Counted from the first letter of the stretch, positions 1 to 11,466 are shown. The stretch: 32,365 nt of DNA from Nemertoderma westbladi (GCA_032718475.1 JAUCBJ010002950.1:1-32365), one strand, 5' to 3'. Notes: a model not told the origin generated them from the sequence alone. A program made the numbers and translations.

Positions 1-669
1 CATATACTGTACATACTAACAAATATACAAATATAATTAATTCACAAATACATTTGCGCGTGCCACATACTGTAGTAGGCGAAGCATTTGTACAGTAAAC
101 TGGCAGTGTTGTGGGGGGGGGGTCATTTAAAGGGAAATACAGTAGGCTACTTGCCATTAGTTTTTGTCGCGTAAGCCTACAGGCTTATTATTATTAAAAC
201 ATACAAAAATATAGCAAATAATTAAAATAACATATAGAATCTAACAATTAATAACTGAATCAGATTCTCCATCATCGTTTACCCGAGATAGTGAGATTAT
301 ATAACTAACTGTAGGCCTACAGTAGCAATTACAGAATTGCTAGTATATTCTGTTACACTGAACGAGCAGTACTCTAAAAAAAAAGTCGCCCAATAAGTTT
401 TATGGTAGGATGGTAGGAGTCGGGTACACGGCCTGTAGGTTGGCAGACTGAATTATTCGTTATGTCGTTATATTCCATTTCAAAATTACATTTGATTAAG
501 GAAAATAATAGACAACTGTAACCTAAATTACCAATAATTGATAGTGGCTAACCTACACAGTAGGTTGTCAGTAATAATACTGTAGCTAATTTAGAAGCAC
601 CATTGAAGACTCTATGTCATTTGTTACTCTCATTAATTGTTTTTTATATTTTTGTGTGTCTTAATAATA

Positions 670-928
670 GAGACAGGGGGGGGAAACTGGACGCAAAACC
701 CGCCTTGGCGAATTAATATCCCGCCTCATGTTAAATTCGCAATATAGGGAAAGGAACAGGTTATAGTGGCACGTTATTTTAACCAAAACAATAAACTAAA
801 CACAATAGAACAGGTTACAATTTTATTTTTGAGTGTAATCAGCTGTTATTTGCGTCGAATTTCCCCTGGAGAGGGATGAATTTTTTGCGTCCAGTTCCCC
901 CCCCCCCCCCCCCCCCCCCCCCTATCTG
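670..928. mobile_element. MITE-like element with G-tract terminal inverted repeats, flanked by TA
   Basis: Left end GAGACA(G)n-AAACTGGACGCAAAA (670-698) is an imperfect reverse complement of the right end TTTTGCGTCCAGTT(C)n-TATCTG (883-928). TA lies on both sides (668-669, 929-930). No coding capacity. Confidence 0.55.
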
Positions 929-1081
929 TAATAATAATATGCATCAAGTACTTTTCCCCAAACGACACCTCTTCTGGTAATTAGGCCTGACCTACACACC
1001 TTTTTAGTAATATCTACCCCTACCCCCCCCCCCCCCCTCCCCCGAGTATTGGAACTGGAACTACTGTATAAAAGTTAATTC

Positions 1082-2079
1082 TCACCACCCCGCATCGTGT
1101 TCTTTTAGGTATTGTGTGTTGAGTGTCGGTCTGTCTCTTTTAATATAGAATTTCTCCGCTAATTTACGTTCGGTCCAGTCTTTACATATGCGTTTAATTT
1201 CTACTGTAAATGGGTTGGTGTAATTAGTATTCCCCGGGTGTTTATCTACGTAGTGCTCCCCTATAGCTTCCTTTCTATTCCCTAGCCTCACGGAGTTCTT
1301 ATGTCTGTTAATCCTTTCGCAGAGGGGCCCTACCGTTTCTCCAATATAATTCTCTACGTGTTGGGTGCAAGCCGTGCACCTAATCTCATAGACAGCGTTC
1401 CTCACTGTACACCTTGTTACACCGTTGTCACACGTGTAACAGATAGTTCCGGCAGTAGACGGACACCTCTCGGGTTGAAGGCTGGATCTGATTAGAAGCT
1501 GGCGGAGCTTAGTGCCGCCAGGTGTACAAACCAACCTTGCCGAGCTTCCTATTGGGGAGTTCTTAATGGCGCGTTCCACACCCCGTTTCAATCCTTCGTT
1601 ATAAAATGGTAAAACTAATGGAACTTTATTATCCAGGGTTCTAGAAGTGGTATTCCGGTTATTATGTACTCTACCCATTTCTTCATTACGTATAAGTGCA
1701 TTAATTATATGTGGGGGGTAGTCGTTATTACTGAGCATATTATATATTTTATCCAAACTGCGCCCTCTGCCTTCTACTGTAGAGCTATTTCGTATAGCTC
1801 GTTTAACTGCGGAACGTGCGGTGGCTGTAATAATGGTACGTGGGTGGCTACTATTATAGTTAAGTATAATCCCAGCATTAGTGGGTTTAATGTATAATTC
1901 AAAATCAATAGAACCCTGGCTATTAACACTTGTAAGGACATCCAGAAACGGAAGGCTAGAGTAGGACTTTTCTAGTTTTCTAGTACCGGTATATATTTAA
2001 TGGTGGGGTGGCAACTATTCAAATATTCTAAAAATAGCACCAGTTCGTCCTCCCCATGCGGCCATATCGCCCATCCATC
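1082..2079 (-). pseudogene. 5'-truncated Penelope-like retroelement ORF: RT C-terminus plus GIY-YIG endonuclease
   Basis: Manual translation upstream of the 224-aa ORF gives DGWAIWPHGEDELVLFLEYLNSCHPTIKY / LPFLDV / YIKPTNAGIILNYNSSHP (PLE RT motifs from the second D of YxDD onward). The 224-aa ORF has NAVYEIRCTAC...YIGET...RINRH...E...PTLN, a GIY-YIG with the PLE Cys motif. Frameshift near 1968-1983. Confidence 0.92.
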
Positions 2080-2094
2080 TTTTCTTAATAATAA

Positions 2095-2128
2095 TGTTAT
2101 ATTTCAGCCAACAGGCATCTATCAAGCA
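2095..2128 (-). ncRNA. Degenerate minimal hammerhead ribozyme motif (PLE-associated), copy B
   Basis: Minus strand TGC-TTGATAG-ATGCC-TGTT-GGCT-GAAA-TATA-ACA. Tandem partner of the 2150-2188 copy, with substitutions in the core (A9G) and stem I. Confidence 0.5.
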
Positions 2129-2149
2129 GTAATCGTTTCTTAATAATAA

Positions 2150-2188
2150 TGCTATATTATATTTCAGCCAACAGGCCTTTATCAAGCA
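2150..2188 (-). ncRNA. Minimal type I hammerhead ribozyme motif (U3:A8 variant), copy A
   Basis: Minus strand TGC-TTGATAA-AGGCC-TGTT-GGCT-GAAA-TATAATATA-GCA: stem I TGC/GCA, core UUGAUAA, stem II GGCC/GGCU, GAAA box, AUA cleavage triplet. Same orientation as the Penelope ORF just downstream. Confidence 0.68.
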
Positions 2189-2246
2189 GTAATCAATCAA
2201 TCAATCAGTAGTGTAATAGTTTCTAGTATCCTTACCGGTTAGACGC

Positions 2247-2251
2247 ATAGT
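2247..2251. repeat. Left 5-bp target-site duplication (ATAGT) of the BEL/Pao element
   Basis: ATAGT immediately precedes TGTT at 2252 and recurs at 18193-18197 immediately after ...TACA. Confidence 0.95.
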
Positions 2252-2625
2252 TGTTCGCGCTTTCAGACCTTTAGCAGTTTAACCTGTCAATTTTAGGTGT
2301 CCTCTTGTTTATAAATCGACTTTAGCCTATAACAATTATTTAATGCACATGAAGTAACATTAGCCGAAGCCAGTCTATGCGCGATCATTAACCCACAGTT
2401 AAGGGAGACTGGACTCGGATGCTTTGACCTTATTGCGTTGCAGACCTACTGTATTATTCGATTGATTGTTACTATATAATCTCTGACAATATTATTCACT
2501 TTCGGGGAAATATTAACAGTTCCTTTAGGACGTGGCGCTTTAAGTATAAAACAGAGTTATGACTTATACTAAACACAACGAGATGGCTACTGATTTTCGT
2601 AAATAGCGCATTCTTTAGGAGATGC

Positions 2626-2631
2626 TTTATT
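2626..2631 (-). promoter_or_regulatory. Candidate polyadenylation signal AATAAA in the 3' LTR
   Basis: TTTATT on plus = AATAAA in element sense. The same site is at 17322-17327 in the 5' LTR. Confidence 0.45.
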
Positions 2632-3362
2632 ATCTGTCACACTGCTGCATACGATTTCACACTGCTGCACACTGATCTGCCGACCGTCACTGAATTTGAT
2701 CATATATAAGGAGGATAGCAACTGACACATGTAGGGATTATGAAATAGCATTTAATGCACACTAAAACCACTGTAATGTAAGTCGCAATTGCTACCGGTA
2801 ACCGGTCCCTCTAACCTTTAGTAATCAAGAAGATTGGGGGTTTTATGATTATTTATCGATATTCTCCAAATATAACAACATATCCATCAACATATAACCA
2901 TTAATAACAGACAGTAAACAGAAGTACAATAATGCGGTGATATTCAGCCAGTATCGGTAATACCGGTACCGCAGGTGCCAAGTGACCAGTTGTTATGGTT
3001 AGTTGCACAGTTGCATAGTGCAGCAGGGCCAGGTGTTATTCAGTCAGTCCAGTTGACAGGTGATGCAGTTGATGGCCAGATAATAGATTTACGTTCTTGT
3101 AATCAAAGCCGTCTAATGTTGGCCAAAGTCTGAAACTTCTAACACAGAAGTACAGAATAATTTCCAAGCAGTTGTTCTCGCTCAGAAAGGTAAACAAAGA
3201 CCGTAATGCATTGCGCGATTTCCTGTAGGTTTCTGTGCAATATAAAATTAAAATCGCTCTGATTGGCCGAGCGAGCCTGAACAAAGAAAGTTCCACATCG
3301 ACAGCAAATCAGCTGACAGATTTCGTCATCTGAACTACACTCTATTTAGAGTATTTGGCGTA

Positions 3363-3491
3363 TTGCGGCATAAAATGGCTTGTTATGTCCGCTAAAACAC
3401 CTACAGGGTACATTGCGGAGAAAATGGCTTGTTATGTCCGCTAAAACAACTAAACAGTTAATTGCGGAGAAAAATGACTGGTTATATCCGC
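3363..3491. repeat. About 50-bp tandem repeats (2 full + 1 partial) with internal dyad GCGG...CCGC at the U3 end of the LTR
   Basis: TTGCGG(C/A)...AAATG(G/A)CT(T/G)GTTAT(G/A)TCCGC starts at 3363, 3413 and 3462. Mirrored at 18051-18179. Confidence 0.85.
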
Positions 3492-3504
3492 AAAAGCTTT
3501 TACA

Positions 3505-3512
3505 CCGCTCCC
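3505..3512 (-). other. Short polypurine tract (GGGAGCGG) abutting the 3' LTR
   Basis: Minus strand reads ...CTGGGAGCGG|TGTAAAAGC, the expected position of the plus-strand primer. Confidence 0.6.
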
Positions 3513-3582
3513 AGAAAATGGGATTTAATTCTATAAAATATAAAAAATCACAGTTTCTAAAATATAAAAATACTCTAAACAG

Positions 3583-5136
3583 TTAGTCTTTCTTACGCGA
3601 ACGGCGTTTACGCGGTTTTTTGAGGCTAGCAAGAGTCCTTTTCTCTTTGGGGCGAGCCACTTTTCTAGGAGGGCTATAACTCCTAGGTGAAGGGTGCAAT
3701 ACAATTGCCTCAGAAGGTTTAGGGTTACGGTCAGTGTGTCCGCCGGTCGAGGTACCCGGTTGATCGGTATCAACCTCAGTGGAACGAGGTCGAACAACCT
3801 TGAGAGCGCGTTTTAAGACAGCAGCTCTTACTGGTCCCTGACGGGTCGTTTGCACGAGAGCAGTAGGTGGACCGTGTGTAGTGAGAAATTTCCTCAGTTT
3901 GATGGTTCTTTCCGACTCGCGTTCTCGGGCTCTGTTGAAATCGATATGCTTCTCCTCGAGCTGATTTTCCTCCGCTTGTCGTTGGAAGCATTCATCCAAA
4001 ACTCTTGCAGAGAGTAGGGTCGTCCAAGTTCGATATCTTCTTAGAGGTTCTGGATTTCCCGATCAAACTGAGATAAAGCTAATTCGTTTACCGCTTGGAC
4101 TTGCTGCTGCAATTTACGTTTCTCTAAACAATCGTAGGTTCCTTTTCCGATCTTTTGTCGAATAGTGTCTAACGCGTTTCGTTCAACTCTCTCCTCCACC
4201 TCGGTGACAGGTTGTATCGGGGTTAAACCGGGACGATTATACGGGTTGAACGGCGATATTAAATGTCCGCATCCCAATCCGGCTAGGTAGGATGGGCGAA
4301 TATCTAGGGAGCCCACAACCGGAGTGCCACCGACTAATTGTTCGGGTAACACCAGATCTTTGAACAGTGAGTACAGTTCAGGAGGATCAGTTATACTATT
4401 AGGATCAAGAGTCTGAGGTCTCACTAGGGAATGAGGAGGTCTGACCGAGTATTCCGGAACTCTGATCACTGATTATTTAAGGATCGTTTGAGTCGAGCGA
4501 GCGTAGGTGATACGTCGAACAAGTTTTGCTCGAAACTCCCATAAGTATAGCGAGTAAAAACTGTGTTTAGCGCAACGTCTCCGAGGATGCTTATGTCTTT
4601 CCGTATGTTGGTTGGGTCCAGGGCACTCATCGTAACAATACCAAAGACGCACGTCCCGTAGGGGAAACGCTGGTGATCTTTCTCCAGTTTTACAATGTCT
4701 CTCTCAAGAATTCCAAAGATACGTTGAAGTCACTGCGTTTATCCGGTTCTTTAACGTCTTCTCTTTCGAGTTAGTTTCGAATAGAATTTTCGTGTTCGAT
4801 TCTCAGTTTATTGTTCCGACTCCGCTGGGTATGATATTTAAATATGATCAATTCCCTTTCGGTGTCTACATCGTCCATATCGTGTAAATCGATAGGATGG
4901 CCAGTAGTAAAGAAGTCTATATACGTACCATTACGATGCGTATAGCGAGCGGTGAATTTTCTATAGTCCAATTCACGCATGAGCTGTTCCTTTGACATTG
5001 GCAGCTCGATATAACGGCCATCGTCCTCCGTAGTGGGTTGACTAGCGTCGCCGCGTATTAAACTATCAACAAACGCTTGCAATGGTAGGGTATATCGCTC
5101 CCTGATACCAAGATCATCTTCTATCAACTCAGTCAT
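3583..5136 (-). pseudogene. Degenerate accessory ORF(s) of unknown function between pol and the 3' LTR
   Basis: Consecutive sense-strand reading segments: 5136-4771, ~4728-4466 (LQRIFGILERDIVKLEKDHQRFPYGTCVFG...), 4469-4041 and ~4045-3583. They form a higher-GC island flanked by AT-rich DNA, start at ATG 5136 and end in the basic tail KKPRKRRSRKKD. No signal peptide or TM segment seen. Confidence 0.6.
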
Positions 5137-5945
5137 AGCTGCTATATGAGTTTATCGATATTATAATTAATTATAATTTAGACTAGCGGTCGTTGCTGCC
5201 TCCCCCTCAATGCCCCCGGACAGCGCAAGCTCCTCAGCGCTGATGTACTTTCATCGCTGTGTCTATCGCCAACGTAGTAGCTGCACAACGACAACAACAA
5301 CCAGCGCGAGTCACTCCACTGTCCGTCCCAAGGGCTTAGATTTACTTCAGGTTCTTACTGCAGGGGTAGGGCTACTTTCACAACTGCGACTCGCTACTGT
5401 AAACACACTTTAGTAGTAACATTCACCTATAAACACACAAATTCCACACAACTGTCACAAATTGTACACATTCGGGCCATTTGTCCGTTAGTCAAGTGCC
5501 TTCCAGAATGCCACGTTATTATTATGTATCCCTGGATACTAGCAGTGCGCTATTTATTCCGTATGCTATTCAATGGGGCAAGCTTTATATTGTTCTTTTA
5601 ACTCACATCTAATTCTAGCGTGGTGGTTGCTATGGTGACATTATGGAAAGCTAGCGGTAGAATTAGGGTAATTCTCATGCATACAGATCTGGGATGCTAT
5701 TTAATAGTAATTCTTTAATTGTCAATATTCCCCCTTATACATGATTTTATGAATTTTATCGGCTATTGACTATATATTGGAGATTCTCTCACACTAATAT
5801 ATTTAATAGGGCGAATCTCCGCTCCCATGATCTATTAATTAATGGAATTTTGGGAATGTTATAAATTGTATAAAATGATAATTTATCAAATTCATGAGAG
5901 GATATGAATTTAAAAATTTATTCCCGTAAATTTTATTATTTAATA

Positions 5946-6299
5946 TTAAAATAGGCACAATTTTATTCCAGAGCATGTCTGGGGACTGGGATCCTTGATT
6001 CTAGGAAATTTGTCCTTTTAAGAGTATCGGTGAGTACTACGATATCTTAATCGATTTTAAAGGATCTAAATTTTAACAGATTTTGATTTATAGATTTTCT
6101 TGGTTTACAAACTCCTTAGAGTTTATTTGTATGCATTTACTCTATTATAACATTTGTTTTAATAGATTTTATAAATATTAACTATGTAATATTTAAGATG
6201 GGCACCGATTTATTCCAGAACATGTCTGGGGACGTTAACCATTGATTCTAGAATTTTGTCTTTCAAGTATATCGGTGGGTGCCGCGATATCTTAATCGA
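5946..6299. repeat. Two diverged ~110-bp direct repeats, 247 bp apart, in the pol-accessory ORF spacer
   Basis: Shared blocks TTTATTCCAGA(G/A)CATGTCTGGGGAC, TTGATTCTAG, TATCGGTG and CGATATCTTAATCGA at 5946-6054 and 6193-6299. Confidence 0.85.
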
Positions 6300-6863
6300 C
6301 TAGAATTACAGATGGTCAAAGGGTTTAACAGATTTATTTTGCGTTGTACGCTACTGTTAAAGGGACATCACACTACTATATGTATTATTTAATATACGGT
6401 ATGAGAGCAATATTGCAAGAAGCAATGTCAGTGAGAAGAGGCAAGTCATTTCCAAGGTCTACCCAGAGCTTGGTTTAGCCGAGACACGAGGATCTGAACT
6501 TTGCATTCCTAATACTCTACTTACCAATAATACTTGAGTATAGTAGGAGCTTTATTGTACTTTAATAAGTACGGACATTTCATCTTACTGTAGTCACATA
6601 TTTATAATATGATACGGACAGTAAGGAAAGAGGAAAGAATTATTTCTCGCCGTTGCACTAAATATATATAATATAAGTAATTAAGTAATAAACGCGAATA
6701 TATATGGCACTAATTCTACTAAATAATCGCTAAAATAACATTCTACTAAATAAAAATTAAAGAAAACGATTATTATAAAATTACATAATAATACATACCT
6801 AAATATAAAAATAATAAAAAACGAATATAAAATAATATGGTCACACACCCACTCCAGACGCTG

Positions 6864-8405
6864 TTACGTTGGGGAGTCCCTAGATGTTTGTTGGATTAGG
6901 GAGGTGGTCGTGGGAAGAGTATCTTGCCTTCCATTGTTTCCGGACAGTTCTCTGTCTCTTTCCAGTAAACATAAACGACCAACTGGGCGATTGAGCTGCT
7001 GTGTTTCGAACACAATTCCAATTCCACAATTCCATCATCTGAGATATGAGTCTCGATGATACGACCTGTCTGCCACCGCTTACGTGGAAGATCTGATTCC
7101 ACAATAAGGACCATGTCTCCGGCACTGACGTTTTCTTGCTGCGCAAACCACTTGGTTCGAAGTTGTAGCGTAGGCAGATAATGTTTTTCGAAATGATCAG
7201 CGAAACGACGGGATAATAACTGCATAAGTTGCCAAGTTTGTCGGCAGTATTCATCTCCGTCCGTGATTTCCGATCGTGGGAGCATGGCTACAGGTTTCTT
7301 CAGTAGGAAGTGCACGGGTGTTAGCGCTTCCAGGGAATCGGGACTCGATGAGACTGGCATAAGCGGTCTTTCGTTAAGATAGGCGGCGATTTCTTCCATT
7401 AACGTCCGCAAAAGTTCGTCGGTGAGATACGCGCGGCACGGCACTATAAAGTGAAATGCGGTCTTCACGCTTCTTATTTATCTCTCCCAACTTCCTCCCC
7501 ACCAAGGGGCGTCGGCGGCGTTGAATGTCCAGCTAGACGCTGTTACTCTTAGCTGATCGTCCACCTGTCTTTGGTTCCAATATCTAACGTAAGCCTTGAT
7601 CTCATTATTGGCGCCAATGAAGTTCGTTCCCTTATCAGATCTCATCGTGTTGCTAGTTCCAAAGCGAGCGATCTGTCGGCGTAGACTCAGTATGAAGCTG
7701 TTGGTAGATAGATCGTTCACCATATCTAAATGGATCGCTCTACAAGTCATACAGACAAAGATGGCACACCATCGCTTGACTATAGTCCTGGCACGATATA
7801 CTTCAATAGGGCCAAATAAATCCACACCGGTATTAGTAAAGGGTGGTTCATAGAAGCTTACTCGTTCCCTAGGTAATTCTGCCTCTCGCTGTGTTAAAGG
7901 CCTACTGAATGCTTTCCTACAGGGTATACAGTTCCTAAGAACTTGGTTCAGAGCTCTACAGCTCGTAAGAACTCGTTCTCTACCAGCATGGTAAAGCTTA
8001 CTGTGAACATCTACAATCATCTTGATTTGTATTTCAAGATTTCTAATGAGTATGGGAAACTTAGTGTCAAAGGATAATGGAGCATTAGTTAGCCTCCCTC
8101 CAACGCGTATTAGCCCATCTATCATTGTGCTAGAGAAACGATCCCTTAAGCGCATCTGTGGATTTCTCAACAACAGGAAATACTTATCGGAATCTTCATA
8201 GCATTGCAGTAGTCTCAGTATCTGCTTATTGGTTTCTTCATGCTCCTGGTAACTGATCTTCTCCGTCAGAAACCTATCTGAGATTTTATATTTGGGAAGA
8301 TCTTTAATAGCATGGACCTGCACAGATGTCAGTGGAGCGGTATCACTAGCGATCTTCGTCCTGGAGTAGTGATAATGGAAGCATCGCTTGAAATACGCAA
8401 CGGCC
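6864..8405 (-). pseudogene. pol: BEL/Pao pol: integrase (HHCC Zn finger, DDE core, C-terminal domain), disrupted
   Basis: HSKLYHAG...CIPC, GVDLFGPI, SDKGTNF, WGGSWER, then an in-frame TAA at 7478-7480, then NERPL...LTPVHFL. A frameshift near 7020 restores the canonical RPVGRLCLLE, ending at TAA 6864-6866. Confidence 0.93.
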
Positions 8406-10533
8406 TTACAAGCCGATTCCAGGAGCTATAGTGATGTATCGCTCTCTGTAGGAGAGGTGAGAGTCCCTGCGAAACGTCTGGTGTTCCAGATTTCCAGTCT
8501 CTCTCTCTGATTTCCACAACAGACTTATTTGTGGTGGGGGAGTTTAGATCCACAGCGTCGTCTCCGGAAATATGTAGTACAGACAGATCTATCACGGGTT
8601 TAAATAACTTCGATTTACTCGTCTGGGTTTTAGGTTTGACTTTCTCCGCTCCCTTGGCTTGTCTAATCTCAGCCGTGGTAAGATGAGGAGGCCATTCATC
8701 TTCTTCTTTACTTAGGAAGTCGGGTCCACCTAACCAGTCTGGAGTGTCTACCAGTTCTTGAGGAGTTGCTCCTCTGGAGGCGATGTCGGCTGGATTAATC
8801 GTCCCAGGGCAATGTCTCCATTGATCTACACTAGTGCGACTAAGTATAATGGCTACTCTGTTGGTAACGAAGACGCTGAACTGACAGACTTCATTGGTTA
8901 TATACTCCAAAACGAGTAAAGCATCAGTCCAATAGACAGTTTTCTCCAGTGGATAGTCGATCTGTTCTGTGACGTTCCGGCCGATGGCTGTAGCGTATAG
9001 AGCCGCCTTTAACTCCGCTCGAGGAACTCGTAGTTTGTTGTTTATCAAGGCCTTAGAGGTAACCAAGGCAACTTTAATTCCATCCGGAGTTTCAACTCTC
9101 AGGTAGGCTACTATACCTATTCCCATATCGCTGGCGTCTCCAAACACATGGAGTTGAAAGGAATACGTGGGGAGAACATGACCAAAATATGAACGAGAAA
9201 TCGTAAAGTTCTCGATGGATGGTAGAGAATCTTCCCATTTCATCCACTTCTTTAGTAGTTCTCCCTTAAGTGGATCGTCCCACGAGTGGTTTTCAAGCCA
9301 CATTTGTTGAACTAAACTCCGAGAAACCAATATAACTGGGCTAATAAATCCCAATGGATCGAAATAAGTGCTCAGGATACTTACACAAATCCGTTTAGTT
9401 CGAACTGGATTATCTCGCTGTTTTAGCTGGAAAAACAGGATATCTCTCTCCGTGTCCCATTTCAAACCAAGCGTCTTGGTTTCTGGAAGATCGTCCTTGA
9501 TTAGGTCCAGGTCTTTAACTCCTCGGTCTTCTACCGGGATCGATTCCAGAAACTCACGGGAGTTACTGGTGAATTTAGTTAGTCGAAATCCACCACGTTT
9601 CAAAAACTCTACCGTTCCCTTGGCAACATCAATGGCTTCTTCCACCGATGGGAGGGACTTTAAATTATCGTCCATGTATATATCCCGTTTGATGTTGTCG
9701 ATAACCGCTTTAGAGAAGGCGTCTCGGTTGTCATCAGCAGTGGTGCGCACTACTGAACAGGCATTCGAGGGGCTCGAGATGATTCCGAAAGCCTGGATGG
9801 TCATCCAGTACTCCACAGGTTTTTGGCTGAGGTCTCCTTCAGGCCACCACAGAAATCGCAGGCTGTCTCGATCCCTATCCAGCGCCTTAACTTGTAAGAA
9901 CATGCCTTCTATATCTGAGGCGAAGGCGATCGAATATTGCCGTAATCTTAAGAGTATTCCCAACAAGGATTGGAGTAATTTGGGTCCCGGCAACAACTCC
10001 GAGTTAAGGGATTGGCCCATGTAAAGGGCGGAGCCGTCAAATACTACCCGAACTTCATTGGGTTTACCGGGTTTGGGAACGTAATGATGGGTTAAATAAT
10101 ACGTTATCTTAGTTATGGGTATTTCTTCCGGTACTCGCTCCGCATATCCCTTATCGATGAATTTCTTCAGCTGTGTCTTGTACATCTCTTTAGCTGAAGC
10201 ATTTGCCGTAAGGCGTCGATGTAGTTGCGCGATTCTTTTCTCCGCCAAGGGTCGGTTATTTATAAAATTAGGTTCTCGCTTTCGGAATGGCAGACCAATC
10301 TCATACCTCCCTTGATCACTAAGGAAACGTGTAGTCGTTGCCTGGATCTGCTTGGCTCTTTCCTCCTCGACTGATAGTGCTTTGTCATAGGAATTAGGCT
10401 CTACAGCTTCTTGAGTAAAGAATCGTACGGCGTGTTCGTTGCGAATCTTAGCGTTATGTCGATCTATCACCTCATTTAGCTCATCGTCATAGTTGAGTTG
10501 TCCGCCATGATGGACGAGATGGCAAAGGTGCAC
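8329..10533 (-). pseudogene. pol: BEL/Pao pol: reverse transcriptase and RNase H
   Basis: YYLTHHYV, RVVFDGS, SLNSELLPGP, DIEGMFLQV, FGIISSP, YMDDNL, KTLGLKWD, FDPLG; RNase H LHVFGDAS/PRAEL/WTDA/NPAD. A 1-nt frameshift near 8405 (RLVR/AVAYFKRCF) joins it to the integrase frame. Confidence 0.96.
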
Positions 10534-11466
10534 TTGGTTTCTCCAAGCTTCACTTTCAGTGAGGAGGTCTATCGTATTTTCCTCGTCAAATAGTTGGGTA
10601 ATATCGTCGTTATCTGAGGGGTATGGTGTTCCCTCAGGTGTGATTTCTCCCTCACTGATTTATTCTTCCCATTCACTCACTTGGTGGATTTGTTCAGTGG
10701 GTAATCTTTCCATGAGCGTTCTACGGGAAGGTCCAGTGAAGTACCAACCTACTCTAGTTCTTCCCGCATAGGTTTGCAATGGTTGCGGTCGAGCAGGTCG
10801 TTTCTCTAATGTCTCAAGCGCCTCATGCGCATTTTAGCCGATTAATATTTGCACCCCTGGGTAGCCAGTGTTGAATCTAGGGATATTATGTTGCTGGGTA
10901 AAATCTTCTTCATCCCAGTTGTAAGGTTCTACTTGGCTGGTAGCAAAGTTCTTTATCGCCACCATTTTTACTGACCTTATGCTGTGTTCTCCTAGTTCGT
11001 CTTGGGGAGTGGACAACGCGCCTACATAGTAGTCTGTAGCTACTGTAGATTTCCAAACCTGCATAATTCCTGAAAGGTTCAACTTAGTTCGGAACTTGGG
11101 TTGTCCTGCAAAGATGTCTTCAGCTAGTTCTTTATCGATGAAAGTTCCTGTACTGCCGGAGTCCAGGAGTGCGTTGACTATAAAACTCTTACTTAATCCA
11201 TGGACTCTTAGCTGAACTACGGGGAATTCCCGGATTCCAACGTTGGAAGTTGGTGCTTTCCAAGATGGTTGTCGGTCAGGAATAACCGGGTGCGCTTCGT
11301 TATCGGTTTCAGTCTCATACGTAAGCGCTCGATACACCGCGGTGTTTATCAAATAACAGGATTCGTTTTCGTCTGAGAATTTGTCCATATAGAATCCTTC
11401 CATCTCAGAACTTTGGTCAGTGTCGTTCACATCACTGAATTGGACATGTAGTTCGGACTCACTCAC
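10534..11466 (-). pseudogene. pol: BEL/Pao aspartic protease and linker, with two in-frame stops
   Basis: NALLDSGSTGTFI active site; VQILIG then TAA at 10834-10836; in frame AGRTRVGWYFTGP; second TAA near 10660; continues in frame into RT. Confidence 0.92.

Larger units (their letters stand above)
2252..3504 (-). repeat. 3' LTR (1253 bp)
   Basis: Direct repeat of 16948-18192. By eye about 13 substitutions and one 8-bp indel (near 3005-3018). Ends TGT...ACA. Confidence 0.97.

Noticed and set aside
897-1043. Poly-C tracts (also 26035-26060, 31831-31849) as functional G-quadruplexes
   Set aside because: Simple homopolymers, prone to slippage and assembly error; no further support.
3036-3296. 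86-aa ORF repeated at 17724-17984
   Set aside because: Duplicated only because it lies in the LTRs; GTG start and no protein features.
3583-5136. env gene
   Set aside because: No signal peptide, transmembrane anchor or Cys-rich ectodomain in any translated segment.
6843-6855. GGAGTGGGTGTG after the pol stop as a relic PPT/LTR start
   Set aside because: Downstream sequence does not match either LTR; too short to support.
9368-10024. 218-aa plus-strand ORF and other antisense ORFs over gag-pol (e.g. 13566-13912)
   Set aside because: Shadows of the coding strand or of the Ala-rich repeat.
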